Below are positions 29,928 to 39,692 of a DNA stretch of 64,000 nt, piece after piece; position 1 is the first letter of the stretch; every line of letters begins with the position of its first letter. The position numbers and the translations under genes were made by a program. Origin of the DNA: Oligoflexales bacterium (lineage in GTDB: Bacteria; Bdellovibrionota_B; Oligoflexia; Oligoflexales; CAIYRB01); assembly GCA_041736175.1 (NCBI GenBank), contig JBGSUI010000240.1, forward strand, positions 48,415 through 112,414, written 5' to 3'. The notes below the pieces were generated by a model. The model did not search any database. It worked only from the letters and a program-made list of their open reading frames with translations, and was not told where the DNA came from.

Positions 29928-31130
29928 TTAAATTCGTTCAATCACAGTGGCTAGGCCCATTCCAGCACCGATACATAGGGTCACGACACCATATCGCTTT
30001 TTTTGACGATGCAATTCATCCAGAAGCATCGAAACGAGGATGCCTCCTGTGGCTCCGAGTGGATGTCCTAAGGCAATGGCACCACCATTGACGTTGATTT
30101 TTTCGTGGGGAATCATTAGATCTTTGGCAAATTTTAAAACCACTGCGGCAAAGGCTTCGTTGACCTCGAAAAGATCGATGTCACTGACCCTAAGTTTTGC
30201 CCTTGCCAGGGCTTTCTGGGTGGCAGGCGTAGGGCCCGTCAACATAATCGTGGGTTCTGTACCTGCAGCTGCCATGGCGACAATCCGCCCCTTAGGTTGG
30301 AAATCATGCCGCCTCACGATCTGTTCACTGGCCAGCAAAACCGCGCTTGCCCCGTCGCTAATCCCTGAGGAATTACCCGCTGTATGAACATGGTTCATCC
30401 GCTCAATCGAGGGATATTTCCTGAGAGCCACCCCTAGATATCCGAGCTCAGCGAGTTTGGCAAAAGCTGGTTTTAGTTGGGCAAGAGCCTCAAAGGTGGT
30501 CTCCCGTCGGATCATTTCGTCGGAGGCTAGGATAGGCAAATTATTTTGATCTTTAACGGCCACCACAGAGTCTTTAAAATACCCAAGGCTCTGGGCTCTC
30601 GCAGCTTTTTGGTGGGATTCAAGGGCAAAACGGTCGACTTCCTCACGGCTAAAGGCTTCGAGGGTAGCGATCAGATCGGCGCCTAAGCCTTGGGGCATAA
30701 ATCCAGTTTTGATATTGGTTTCTGGATCTAAAGCCCAAGCGCCGCCATCACTGCCCATGGGAACCCGTGACATGGACTCCACGCCACCTGCCACGATAAG
30801 TTGGTCTTGGCCAGACATAATTTTTGCTGCAGCCATATTGATCGCTTCGAGACCAGAGGCACAAAAACGGTTGACCGTGGTGCCACTCACCCCTTGATCC
30901 CAACCCGCGCTGAGCAACGCTGCACGGGCGATATTAGCTCCTTGCTCGCCGACCTGGCTCACACAGCCCATCATCACATCATCAACCTCTGAGGTGTCGA
31001 GATGGTTTCGGGTTTGCAGCGCTTGGAGTTGCGCAGACAAAAGCCCGAGCGGCGATACTTCGAAGAGTTTGCCATCGGGTTTGCCTTTTCCCCGTGGCGT
31101 ACGTATCGCGTCGATGATGTAAGCTGACAT
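29928..31130 (-). CDS. fadA: Acetyl-CoA C-acyltransferase (thiolase)
   Basis: [26 protein letters not shown]. Confidence 0.95.
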   Translation of the reverse strand: MSAYIIDAIRTPRGKGKPDGKLFEVSPLGLLSAQLQALQTRNHLDTSEVDDVMMGCVSQVGEQGANIARAALLSAGWDQGVSGTTVNRFCASGLEAINMAAAKIMSGQDQLIVAGGVESMSRVPMGSDGGAWALDPETNIKTGFMPQGLGADLIATLEAFSREEVDRFALESHQKAARAQSLGYFKDSVVAVKDQNNLPILASDEMIRRETTFEALAQLKPAFAKLAELGYLGVALRKYPSIERMNHVHTAGNSSGISDGASAVLLASEQIVRRHDFQPKGRIVAMAAAGTEPTIMLTGPTPATQKALARAKLRVSDIDLFEVNEAFAAVVLKFAKDLMIPHEKINVNGGAIALGHPLGATGGILVSMLLDELHRQKKRYGVVTLCIGAGMGLATVIERI

Positions 31131-31279
31131 TGGATCCTCCAGATCGGAATTAATTCAATAGGGGCCCCATGGCGAGCGCCCTGTGGGCGATCTGCGGGCG
31201 ATCACGCTTTGGTTTTGCCCGAGCCCCGTACCCACTCGCTTATGGTTTATCCTACGGATACTTTAAAAATCTTTTTATA

Positions 31280-31378
31280 ACCTTAAGATCAGTAAAGTCG
31301 GAGGTCAATCAATTTTTTACAGCTTTCCCATACCTACAAAAAGATTGATTGACTCGCATTTTCAACTCCGCATAGAAT
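31280..31378. promoter_or_regulatory. Divergent sigma70-like promoters with a shared inverted repeat
   Basis: Minus strand TTGACC-N17-TAAGGT; plus strand TTGACT-N18-TAGAAT; GTCAATCAAT (31304) / ATTGATTGAC (ends 31353). Confidence 0.55.
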
Positions 31379-31418
31379 CCCTTCTGAGATACAGTCCTAG
31401 ATCGCATAAAGCTTAACG

Positions 31419-33080
31419 ATGGATCCCACTGGCCCTACATCCTTGAAGACCGCCTCAGGCGCTTATGATTTTGTCGTCATTGGTTCTGGTTTTGGGGGCA
31501 GTGTTGCTGCCCTAAGGCTTGCGGAAAAAGGCTACCGGGTCTGCGTCCTCGAACAAGGACCTCGGTTTAAAGCGACAGACTTTCCAAAAACCAATTGGAA
31601 CCTTAAACGCTGGCTCTGGATGCCGTGGCTTGGATTTTTCGGTCCCTTTAAGATGACTTTTTTAAGGCATATTACAGTGTTTTCGGGGGTCGGAGTTGGT
31701 GGCGGCTCGCTAGTCTATGGCAACACCCTACCCGTTCCTAAAAAAAACTTTTTTACCTCACCCAGTTGGTCCCACCTTGCTGACTGGTATGAAGAACTCA
31801 AGCCATTCTATGCACTCGCTCGCAAAATGCTTGGCGCCTCAGTCAATCCCCATCTGACCCAGACCGATCGCATCCTTGATGAAATAGCGAAAGAACGTGG
31901 ACTCCAAGGAGCCTTTGAGCCGACGGAGGTAGGCGTTTATTTTGGGCCGGCTCACAAGGCAACCCCAGATCCTTATTTTGGTGGCGAAGGTCCACCTCGG
32001 GAAGGTTGCCGCTTTTGCGGAGCCTGTATGACGGGGTGTCGCCACAACGCTAAAAACACCCTCGACCAAAATTATCTCTATCTCGCCGAAAAAAAGGGGG
32101 TCACCATCTCTCCCCTAAGTCAGGTCGTCGCGGTGAAACCCATCCCAGATGCTTATGAGATTACCTATCTTTTGCGAGATTCCAAACGGGGATTTTTAAG
32201 CGGCTACCAAAAACCGACAACCCAAATCATCCGCTCTAAACAGGTGGTGTTTGCTGCGGGAGTCCTCGGGACTCTAAAGCTGCTCCTCAATATGCAGGCC
32301 ATTCCCGAGGGGCTTCCCCTTTTAGGGCCGACGCTTGGTCACAAGATCCGGACCAATAACGAGTCGATCATCGCCGTGACCACTCCCGATAAAAGCTTTG
32401 ACTTTAGCCAAGGGCTGGCCATCAGCTCCATCCTTCAGACGGACGAACATTCCCACCTCGAGCCGGTTCGCTATGGCAGAGGCTCTGGTTTCTTTAGACT
32501 CCTCGCCGCACCCCATTCCCCGGGTGACCGCCTCGGACAACGCCTCCTTGCCATTGTACGGGGGTTTATAAGAGAACCCGGCAGATGGATAAGAGTTTTT
32601 TTGGTACGCGATTTTAGCAAACAGACACAGATTTTACTTTATATGCGAAGCATGGAGGGGACTCTCTCATTTAAACCTAAAAAAACCATTTGGAACCGTC
32701 ACTCCTTCCTCTTACGCTCGGTCCTCCCACCAGGAGGCAATAGCCCTAAGGCTTTTATGCCAGAGGCCACAGCTTTAGCGCAGCAATTTGCGAGTAAAGT
32801 GAGGGGTGTTTCCTCTAATTTTTTAGTCGAATCCTTTTTGGGGATCCCTTCGACGGCCCATATCTTAGGAGGCTGCTGCATGGGAGCTTCAGCAAAAGAA
32901 GGGGTGATCGATTCCCGCCACCGGGTCTTTGGCTATCCTGGGCTTTATATTGTGGACGGCTCAGCCATCTCTGCTAACCCTGGTGTCAACCCTTCGCTGA
33001 CGATCACAGCCTTAGCCGAAAGAGCTATGAGCTTTATTCCTGCAAAAGAGAAACAACTTTTTGTAAAGGCTTTAGTTTGA
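31419..33080 (+). CDS. GMC oxidoreductase, cholesterol oxidase (ChoD) type
   Basis: IGSGFGGSVAA, GVGGGSLVY, CRFCGACMTGC, TAHILGG, ANPGVNPSLTI. Confidence 0.9.
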   Translation: MDPTGPTSLKTASGAYDFVVIGSGFGGSVAALRLAEKGYRVCVLEQGPRFKATDFPKTNWNLKRWLWMPWLGFFGPFKMTFLRHITVFSGVGVGGGSLVYGNTLPVPKKNFFTSPSWSHLADWYEELKPFYALARKMLGASVNPHLTQTDRILDEIAKERGLQGAFEPTEVGVYFGPAHKATPDPYFGGEGPPREGCRFCGACMTGCRHNAKNTLDQNYLYLAEKKGVTISPLSQVVAVKPIPDAYEITYLLRDSKRGFLSGYQKPTTQIIRSKQVVFAAGVLGTLKLLLNMQAIPEGLPLLGPTLGHKIRTNNESIIAVTTPDKSFDFSQGLAISSILQTDEHSHLEPVRYGRGSGFFRLLAAPHSPGDRLGQRLLAIVRGFIREPGRWIRVFLVRDFSKQTQILLYMRSMEGTLSFKPKKTIWNRHSFLLRSVLPPGGNSPKAFMPEATALAQQFASKVRGVSSNFLVESFLGIPSTAHILGGCCMGASAKEGVIDSRHRVFGYPGLYIVDGSAISANPGVNPSLTITALAERAMSFIPAKEKQLFVKALV

Positions 33081-33336
33081 GTCCTTTTAAATTTTTCTGC
33101 GCATCGAAGACATCCAATTTTTGCTGCAAATTTAGCCAAAATTCCGGTGTCGTCCCAAGGACCTTGCTAAGTCGGAGAGCTATATCTGGAGTTAAGCTGG
33201 AGTGGCCATTTACTATTCTATTGATAACTTTATAATCGACTTCAATATGTTTAGCGAGAGCAGTCTGTGAAATCTGCATAGGTTCTAAGAACTCTTCAAG
33301 AAGAATTTCTCCGGGTAGTGTGGGTTTTCTAGTCAT
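33034..33336 (-). CDS. higA: HigA-family addiction module antitoxin
   Basis: PGEILLEEFLEP..ISQTALA, ALRLSKVLGTTPEFWLNLQ. Confidence 0.92.
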   Translation of the reverse strand: MTRKPTLPGEILLEEFLEPMQISQTALAKHIEVDYKVINRIVNGHSSLTPDIALRLSKVLGTTPEFWLNLQQKLDVFDAQKNLKGLKLKPLQKVVSLLQE

Positions 33337-33348
33337 AGGAAACACTCC

Positions 33349-33637
33349 TTAGTGATAGTCGCAAATCTGGACTTCACGTGCATTATTAATCACCCATTTG
33401 AAAACTATTCGCCACTGATCGTTGATCCTAATAGAATGATAGCCCTTAAAGCCACCTTTCAACGACTCCAGTTTATTGTTAGGGGGAACTTTTAAATTCA
33501 GCAAGGACAGTAGCAGCGTCAAGCATATCCAGCTTTCGAGCCGCAATTTTTAAAACTGATTGCCACCCAGCTTTTCTTGGAATTCGTCCTGACTCGAAGA
33601 ATCTTTCCGTATCTTTACAGGTAAAACTTTGGATCAT
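33349..33637 (-). pseudogene. higB: HigB (RelE/ParE) toxin with a +1 frameshift
   Basis: MIQSFTCKDTE...RKLDMLDAA in one frame and LKVPPNNKLESLKG...HSIRINDQWRIVFKW...DYH in the next; one extra base near 33497. Confidence 0.85.
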
Positions 33638-33665
33638 TTTTGCTCCAAATCGAGCTTTCAGATCC

Positions 33666-33690
33666 AAGTATACCTCATTGAGGTATACTT
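33666..33690. promoter_or_regulatory. higBA operator palindrome
   Basis: AAGTATACCTCA-T-TGAGGTATACTT, perfect 12-bp arms. Confidence 0.7.
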
Positions 33691-33699
33691 CTTCAAGGT

Positions 33700-33726
33700 A
33701 TATCGGCGAAACGCAGAAAATCTTAA
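33700..33726 (-). promoter_or_regulatory. FliA/sigma28-like promoter of higBA
   Basis: TTAAG-N14-GCCGATAT. Confidence 0.5.
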
Positions 33727-33883
33727 TAAATTTTAGCAAAATTTCGGTGATTTTCTCAAAATGAATCGCTAGAGATTAGAATAATGTATAAGTTATCGAT
33801 GGTTAAGGCGCACTTTTGCAATCTAGGTAATCCCACCTCGATACTGTTAGGTTTTAGCGTGGCGTTAAAGTTGTTACCGTTCA

Positions 33884-33985
33884 ATCATGCTGATAAAGGG
33901 ACATCGTCTCTTTTTTTGTCGGCAAACGCCACGTTCCCGCAGTATAGCCACCGTACGTCGAGCCAGCGCAGGCATTGATGGCGCC
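33884..33985 (-). pseudogene. DUF1566-domain fragment
   Basis: Manual translation GAINACAGSTYGGYTAGTWRLPTKKETMSLYQH (WRLPT.KE signature). Confidence 0.65.
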
Positions 33986-34180
33986 ACACAAAGGAAATAC
34001 CCCCATCGGTGGTCGTCACATCAGTCGAGGTGGAACTAACGCAATAGGTATCAGAAGATCAGCCGGTCACTGACTGGCTGGAGGGTAGCCGAAAAGATTT
34101 TCGCAAAAAAAATCCTATTAATATTGGCTAATAAGCAGTATCATTGCCTCTGTAAAATAGGATAACCGAACCGGTGGAGT

Positions 34181-34294
34181 TATATGCGAAGCATGGAGGG
34201 CACGCTCACTTTTAAGCCAAAAAAACGAGCACTGAGTTTTATTCCCGCTAAAGAGATCCAGGAAACCCCTCGTCCCCTTCCCTCCTCTTCCTAA
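34181..34294 (+). pseudogene. Internally deleted, diverged copy of the cholesterol oxidase 3' end
   Basis: YMRSMEGTLTFKPKK|RALSFIPAKE...stop matches 32640-32684 and 33021-33050. Confidence 0.85.
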
Positions 34295-34305
34295 GGAGTC
34301 TACCC

Positions 34306-35739
34306 TTGACCTCAAATCATTTTCCAATGAAAGACTCCCCCAAGGTCGCCATTATTGGTGCCGGATCGAGTGGTATCATTGCCTGCCAAAAACTCAAGGC
34401 CATGAGGATCTCCTACGACTGTTTCGAAAAAGGCAGCTCTGTGGGCGGCAACTGGGTCTACAAAAACGACAATGGCCTATCGGCTGCCTACCAGTCCCTT
34501 CATATCAACACCTCTCGCCGCAAGATGGAGTTTCGCTGTTTTCCGATGCCCTCCCATTATCCCGACTTTCCCCATCATGGGTTGATACGGGACTATTTCG
34601 AAAGTTTTGTGGATCATTTTGGCTTGCGCGAGTCGATCACCTTCCAATGTGAAGTAAAAAAAGCTAAGCCCCTCGACCAAAACAAATGGCTTTTAGTCCT
34701 TGGTGACGGCAACCAGCGGATTTACGATGGACTTATCGTAGCCAACGGTCACCATTGGGACCCGCGGTGGCCTGACCCTGCTTTTCCAGGTAACTTTTCT
34801 GGAATCACCATGCACGCCCATGCCTATTTGAATCCCGACGAACCCCACAACCTCAAGGGTAAACGGGTAGTTGTGTTAGGGTTGGGCAATTCTGCCATGG
34901 ATATCGCCTGCGAGTTGGGACAACGGGGCCATGCAGAAAAAGTTTTTTTGGCGGCCCGCAGCGGGGTCCATATCTTACCAAAGTATTTTGGTAGCCATCC
35001 GGTCGACAGCTTTCTGCGCCATCCCGGAGAAAAGCCTAGTTGGTGGGAGCCTCTCTTGCCAGCGAAGTTGGTCGAAAAAATCGGCTACAAAATCCTTAAC
35101 AGGATCAATCGATTTATGGTTGGCAAACCCGAAGACTATGGCTTGCCCCGCCCCCAACATGAATTCGGTCAAACTCACCCTACTATTTCCAGTGAAATCC
35201 ATATCCGCCTTGGAAGCGGCGATGTGATTCCAAAACCAAATATTAAATCTTTTGATACGGACCACGTGATCTTTGCCGACGGAAGTCGAGAGAAGGTGGA
35301 CGCCGTCATCTACGCTACTGGCTACAAGATCAGTTTTCCTTTTTTTGACAGCGCCACTCTTTCCTTTAACGACAACGATCTCCCTCTTTTTAAGCGGATC
35401 TTTAGCCCTAAGCACCCGACCTTGATGTTTCTTGGGCTGGTCCAACCTCTGTGTTCGATCATGCCTATTGCCGAAGTCCAGGCTCATCTCCTAAGTCTTT
35501 ATCTAACGGGTTCTTACCAGCTACCAGAGCGAGATCAAATGGAGAAAATGATGCTTCAGGATCATGAAGCCATGAAAAAACGCTACGTGAAATCTCCCCG
35601 TCATACCATTCAAATCAATTGCCAGGAATACACCTATGGGCTTGAGCGAGAATTAAAGCGCGGTCTAAAAAGCACTCGCAGGCCATACCTAAACCCCGAA
35701 TGGACAACTCAACCTAGGGGAACCATCGCCCCTGTATGA
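34306..35739 (+). CDS. Flavin-containing monooxygenase
   Basis: GAGSSG, GGNW, ANGHHWDP, FSGITMHAHAY, GLGNSAMD, YATGY. Confidence 0.92.
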   Translation: MTSNHFPMKDSPKVAIIGAGSSGIIACQKLKAMRISYDCFEKGSSVGGNWVYKNDNGLSAAYQSLHINTSRRKMEFRCFPMPSHYPDFPHHGLIRDYFESFVDHFGLRESITFQCEVKKAKPLDQNKWLLVLGDGNQRIYDGLIVANGHHWDPRWPDPAFPGNFSGITMHAHAYLNPDEPHNLKGKRVVVLGLGNSAMDIACELGQRGHAEKVFLAARSGVHILPKYFGSHPVDSFLRHPGEKPSWWEPLLPAKLVEKIGYKILNRINRFMVGKPEDYGLPRPQHEFGQTHPTISSEIHIRLGSGDVIPKPNIKSFDTDHVIFADGSREKVDAVIYATGYKISFPFFDSATLSFNDNDLPLFKRIFSPKHPTLMFLGLVQPLCSIMPIAEVQAHLLSLYLTGSYQLPERDQMEKMMLQDHEAMKKRYVKSPRHTIQINCQEYTYGLERELKRGLKSTRRPYLNPEWTTQPRGTIAPV

Positions 35740-36746
35740 GCCTCAAAACTAAATCACTCCAAGAAAATCCCATCCCCCCAAGAACCTTGGAAACACCGGC
35801 GGACCGCAACCGCACGCTTCCCCCAGACCTACAGCGGTTCCTTTGGATCCACAATCTGCTTCCGCCCACGGAGTATTTACCCCTATGGCTAAGCCGGTTT
35901 TTATTTAACCAACTCGATACCATTTTTGGCGGGACCGCCCCCACCGATATCTCCCAGGAGCGAGTGTTTGTCAGGCGATCACAGCAGACAAAGTCTTCCC
36001 AAAAACCCGGTGACCTCACAGCCATTCATTATGCCTCGACTAATCCAAAATCACGGTCACTGCTTTTTATGCACGGTGGAGGCTTGGCCTTGGGCAGCCC
36101 TTGGTCCCACCGCCGGTTTTGCCAGTGGGTGGCCAAACAGTGCCAATGCCATGTTCTAAGCCTTGACTATCGACGCAGCCCCGAACACCCTTTTCCTGCA
36201 GCCCTTGAGGATGCCGAGGAGGCTTGGGAGTGGCTCAGCAGCCACCCTCTTTTTGGCCTTAAAGCCGGCCATACCCTGGGGGTTGCTGGGGATAGTGCTG
36301 GCGGACAACTCGCGGCTTTAGTGAGTGCTCGGACCGCCTCCAAACCTCATTTTCAGGTGTTAATCTATCCGGCCACCGACACCGCAATCAACAGTCCTTC
36401 GATGGAAAGATTTCAAACGAAATCTCTTTTGACTAAAAGCCTCTATGTTTGGTTCTGCTCCCTCTATAACCCTAACAATAGATGGTCGCGGGAGCAGGTC
36501 ACCCCCCAAGATCACCCCATTATAGGCAACCTCCCGCCGACCCTCCTGGCTCTTGCGGAGCACGATATCCTGTTTGATCAGGGATTGGTTTACGGCAAAA
36601 CTCTAGATGCTTTAGGCATCCCTGTGGAACTTAGAGTCTATCCTAAACTCATCCATGGCTTTATCAACCTTTTGGGATTACCTTCAGCCCAAGCCGCAGG
36701 ATTTGACTTGATCGGTCATATGGAAACAATGTTTACGCCTCTTTGA
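35736..36746 (+). CDS. Hormone-sensitive-lipase family esterase
   Basis: HGGG, GDSAGG, D..LFD, HGF; ATGA overlap with the FMO gene. Confidence 0.92.
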   Translation: MSLKTKSLQENPIPPRTLETPADRNRTLPPDLQRFLWIHNLLPPTEYLPLWLSRFLFNQLDTIFGGTAPTDISQERVFVRRSQQTKSSQKPGDLTAIHYASTNPKSRSLLFMHGGGLALGSPWSHRRFCQWVAKQCQCHVLSLDYRRSPEHPFPAALEDAEEAWEWLSSHPLFGLKAGHTLGVAGDSAGGQLAALVSARTASKPHFQVLIYPATDTAINSPSMERFQTKSLLTKSLYVWFCSLYNPNNRWSREQVTPQDHPIIGNLPPTLLALAEHDILFDQGLVYGKTLDALGIPVELRVYPKLIHGFINLLGLPSAQAAGFDLIGHMETMFTPL

Positions 36747-36848
36747 GATCCTCGCGACCGACCAGCAAAATCTTAGATCTTTGTAAATATTGGCAAATAG
36801 CTGATCTGAGCTAGTCAACCACTTCGCTCTTGACTTTTTTGGAGCAGC

Positions 36849-37232
36849 CTAGGGTCTCCCTGTGCCCTTGACCATTTGTTGAGACTTGAGGATAAGGTCA
36901 AAACTATCGGGCTGGATGGGATCCTCGTGGGCAGCCACATTCTTGGTAAGCTCTCCACAACGCCGGCATTTAAACTCTAGGACCAGGCCCTTTTGGGAGG
37001 TCAACTGATAAGACACCATGTCCATCAGTCCCTGGCATGGATTGGCACGGTCACCCGGGAAACAATCGACATGCTTCGAAACTAAACAAAATGGGCAGTG
37101 ATTTCTACAGCTCGATTTACGGGGCTTAATCCTTAGCCCACAGTTTTCGCAATCAAAGGCCTCGTTGCGGTGGGTAAAATGACCAAGCTCTTGGCCCTCG
37201 GATTTTTTATCGTAAACTCTTTGGTTATTCAA
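36849..37232 (-). CDS. RNHCP domain protein
   Basis: FDCENCG...RNHCPFCLVSKHVD..PGDRA..C.GLM. Confidence 0.9.
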   Translation of the reverse strand: MNNQRVYDKKSEGQELGHFTHRNEAFDCENCGLRIKPRKSSCRNHCPFCLVSKHVDCFPGDRANPCQGLMDMVSYQLTSQKGLVLEFKCRRCGELTKNVAAHEDPIQPDSFDLILKSQQMVKGTGRP

Positions 37233-37334
37233 CTAGACGCTCCCGTTGATCCTACGGGAGGCGTCATACCAGAGAACCCACCGACAGGCCAGAAGTTATT
37301 TAAGAGCAACTACGACCTATGGCCTTCGAGGCGG

Positions 37335-38660
37335 TTACTGACGATCAAATGCCCATGCCAGCATTTTTGCAACTAGCTGTTTTGGATCAGGTTGTGCCTG
37401 TCCAGGAGAAGCTGCCTTGACTTGATTGACCCCAAACTGAGGGTGAATCAAATCGGTGTACAGCTTGCCATCAACAACCCCCATCACCATGGGAAACCAT
37501 GTGAGCTCGCTTGGATTAAGTTTCATGACAAAAGGGGTTTCAAAACCGGAGGCTTGGACACGAAAGGTTCCCTGCACTTCCCGCACGATTGTTCTCACAG
37601 AATCGTAAATAGGGACTCTTTTCGGAGTTTCTCCCGACCTTAGTTGATAAATTTTTTGCTCTTGAGGCAACCACACCGAAATCAAAGTTTGGCCATCATC
37701 GCGATGATCCGTATTAAAAGTCCCAGATCCAACCAAATTCATCTGATCGCGGCTCGGCCCTGCATAAATTTGCAATTTTTCATCTACAATCTGTGTCCTC
37801 TCACATTGTTCGCTTACTGCTGGGATTCCCAAAACACGTTCACGCCACTTTTCATAGGGACCCACCACACCTCCCGAACGACAAAAGCCAAAGTCGTCGA
37901 ACATGGGACGTGTCCATTCTGTAATTTCGGGCTCATGCAGGTATTTGGCAAATTCTGGTTCTAGCTTCGAAACATAGTCCACCTTCATTTGTACCCATCC
38001 ATAGGTCATCAATAAAGGTGCTGCAGAGGTGTCTGGCAATCCAAAAATATGTCCCAATTCATGTAGTATAGAAAAATAAAAGGTTTTACCGTCAAGAGTT
38101 GCCCAAGTATTTTCTGCAAAAATTTTGGATCCCTCCCAGAGGGGTCCCCGGTCTGATGCCACGTAAACAAAACCAGACCCCCTCAGGTTGACCCGGTCAT
38201 AGTTGGTCCGGACCACTTCAGCAATCGTGGTGTCTACGCCCTCGATCCTTTCTTTTTGCTGTGGGCTAAGGCTACCCAATTGAAACACAATACTAGGGTT
38301 TTGATCACAGGGGGTTTCCACAAATCTCTGAGTCCCTAACCTAAACGAATTTTGTGGCCCCTTAAATAAAAAAGAATAATCTGTATAGTTCCCTTTTTGA
38401 AGTTGCTCCGTCCAGAAGGAAAATGCCTCAGCTATATGCAGTCTGACTTGATCGATGGCAAGAGAAAAATCAGTGGCATTGTGGACAATACAGTAACCCA
38501 CCTCATGGGTATTTTCTAAAAACCACGGATTATGTGCATCCTTGAGGATTCGACCTCCACCGCTGCTCCCAGCTCCATCACTAGAGTCCGCATAGCAAAA
38601 GCCACTTTTTATCAACAGCCAAGCAACCACTCCTAAAAACTTTGCATGTTTCAACACCAT
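37335..38660 (-). CDS. Secreted zinc metalloprotease (metzincin-like), copy 2
   Basis: Signal peptide; NPWFLEN; YDRVNLRGSGFVYV; HELGHIFGLPD; LLM Met-turn-like segment. Confidence 0.8.
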   Translation of the reverse strand: MVLKHAKFLGVVAWLLIKSGFCYADSSDGAGSSGGGRILKDAHNPWFLENTHEVGYCIVHNATDFSLAIDQVRLHIAEAFSFWTEQLQKGNYTDYSFLFKGPQNSFRLGTQRFVETPCDQNPSIVFQLGSLSPQQKERIEGVDTTIAEVVRTNYDRVNLRGSGFVYVASDRGPLWEGSKIFAENTWATLDGKTFYFSILHELGHIFGLPDTSAAPLLMTYGWVQMKVDYVSKLEPEFAKYLHEPEITEWTRPMFDDFGFCRSGGVVGPYEKWRERVLGIPAVSEQCERTQIVDEKLQIYAGPSRDQMNLVGSGTFNTDHRDDGQTLISVWLPQEQKIYQLRSGETPKRVPIYDSVRTIVREVQGTFRVQASGFETPFVMKLNPSELTWFPMVMGVVDGKLYTDLIHPQFGVNQVKAASPGQAQPDPKQLVAKMLAWAFDRQ

Positions 38661-38793
38661 GTGTTTCTCCCTTTTCATGAAAATTTAATTGAGACTCACG
38701 ATCCATTCCTTACCTAAAGTTTGCCATGGCATAGACAGCTGGAATAGATTATTTTAATTAAATACGAAGCAAATCATTAACCTGGAGCTTAAC

Positions 38794-39645
38794 ATGTCCC
38801 AACCCCAGGCGATAGAGGCATCGCCCAGCCCATTAAACATCTACAAGTTCAATCATTACAGGCTATTTCTTGTTGAGATGCTTTCGCGGACCGGACCTAC
38901 TCGCGGGCGGCGCGCCCAGCTCGCAAGGCATCTCGGTTGTCAGCCGGCCTATATCTCCCAAGTCCTCAAGGGAATCGCTAATCTGTCCCTAGAACAGGCC
39001 CATAAAGTTTCAAAATTTTTGGAGTTAGATCGCCAGGAAACCGGGTTTTTTCTGCTCCTGTTGCAGCACGAGCGGGCTGGGTCCATGGACCTCAAGCGCT
39101 GGTTTTACGAGGAAATCGAGATGGTCCGTAAAGCGCGTACCGAGATCCGCGAACGTTTGCGCCTTACCTCCGAACTCACTGGTGAAGAACGTATGGTCTA
39201 CTACAGCTCGTGGCACTATGCCGCGATTCATGTCATAACCTCAATTCCTCACTACCAAACCCCAGATGCCATCGGTAGACGACTTGGACTACCAAGGCAT
39301 TTTGTTCTTCAGTGTCTGCAATTTCTTACACAAGCCAACTTGGTTATTGAAAGTGATGGTCGCTACGAAATCGGTCCTAGGCGCATACATCTCGGTCGAG
39401 ACTCCCCCCTTATCGCACGTCACCACAGCAACTGGCGCCTACAGAGTCTCCTCGCCATGGATCGACCCAAACCCGAGTCCTTGCACTATTCTTCGGTGGT
39501 ATCCCTTGCCAAGACCGACGTCGATAAGATCAAAGATCTTCTCCTCGATACCCTTTCTCGAAGCGAAAGCATCCTCGCCTCGTCAAAAGAAGAGGAAGTC
39601 TACTGTCTCTGTCTAGATCTGTTTGAATTGAACTCCCGCGACTAA
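38794..39645 (+). CDS. TIGR02147-like protein, copy 2
   Basis: IYKFNHYRLFL, LARHLGCQPAYISQVL..LSLEQ, YYSSWHYAAIHV, HHSNWR, VYCLCLDLF. Confidence 0.85.
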   Translation: MSQPQAIEASPSPLNIYKFNHYRLFLVEMLSRTGPTRGRRAQLARHLGCQPAYISQVLKGIANLSLEQAHKVSKFLELDRQETGFFLLLLQHERAGSMDLKRWFYEEIEMVRKARTEIRERLRLTSELTGEERMVYYSSWHYAAIHVITSIPHYQTPDAIGRRLGLPRHFVLQCLQFLTQANLVIESDGRYEIGPRRIHLGRDSPLIARHHSNWRLQSLLAMDRPKPESLHYSSVVSLAKTDVDKIKDLLLDTLSRSESILASSKEEEVYCLCLDLFELNSRD

Positions 39646-39692
39646 TCTTTAAACAAAACATTTGTTCTCATTTATCACTAGAGTCGAAGCCG

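Noticed and set aside
31200..31230. c-di-GMP-I riboswitch (GGGCAAAACC on the minus strand)
   Set aside because: No GNRA hairpin, no GACGCAAAG and no second stem.
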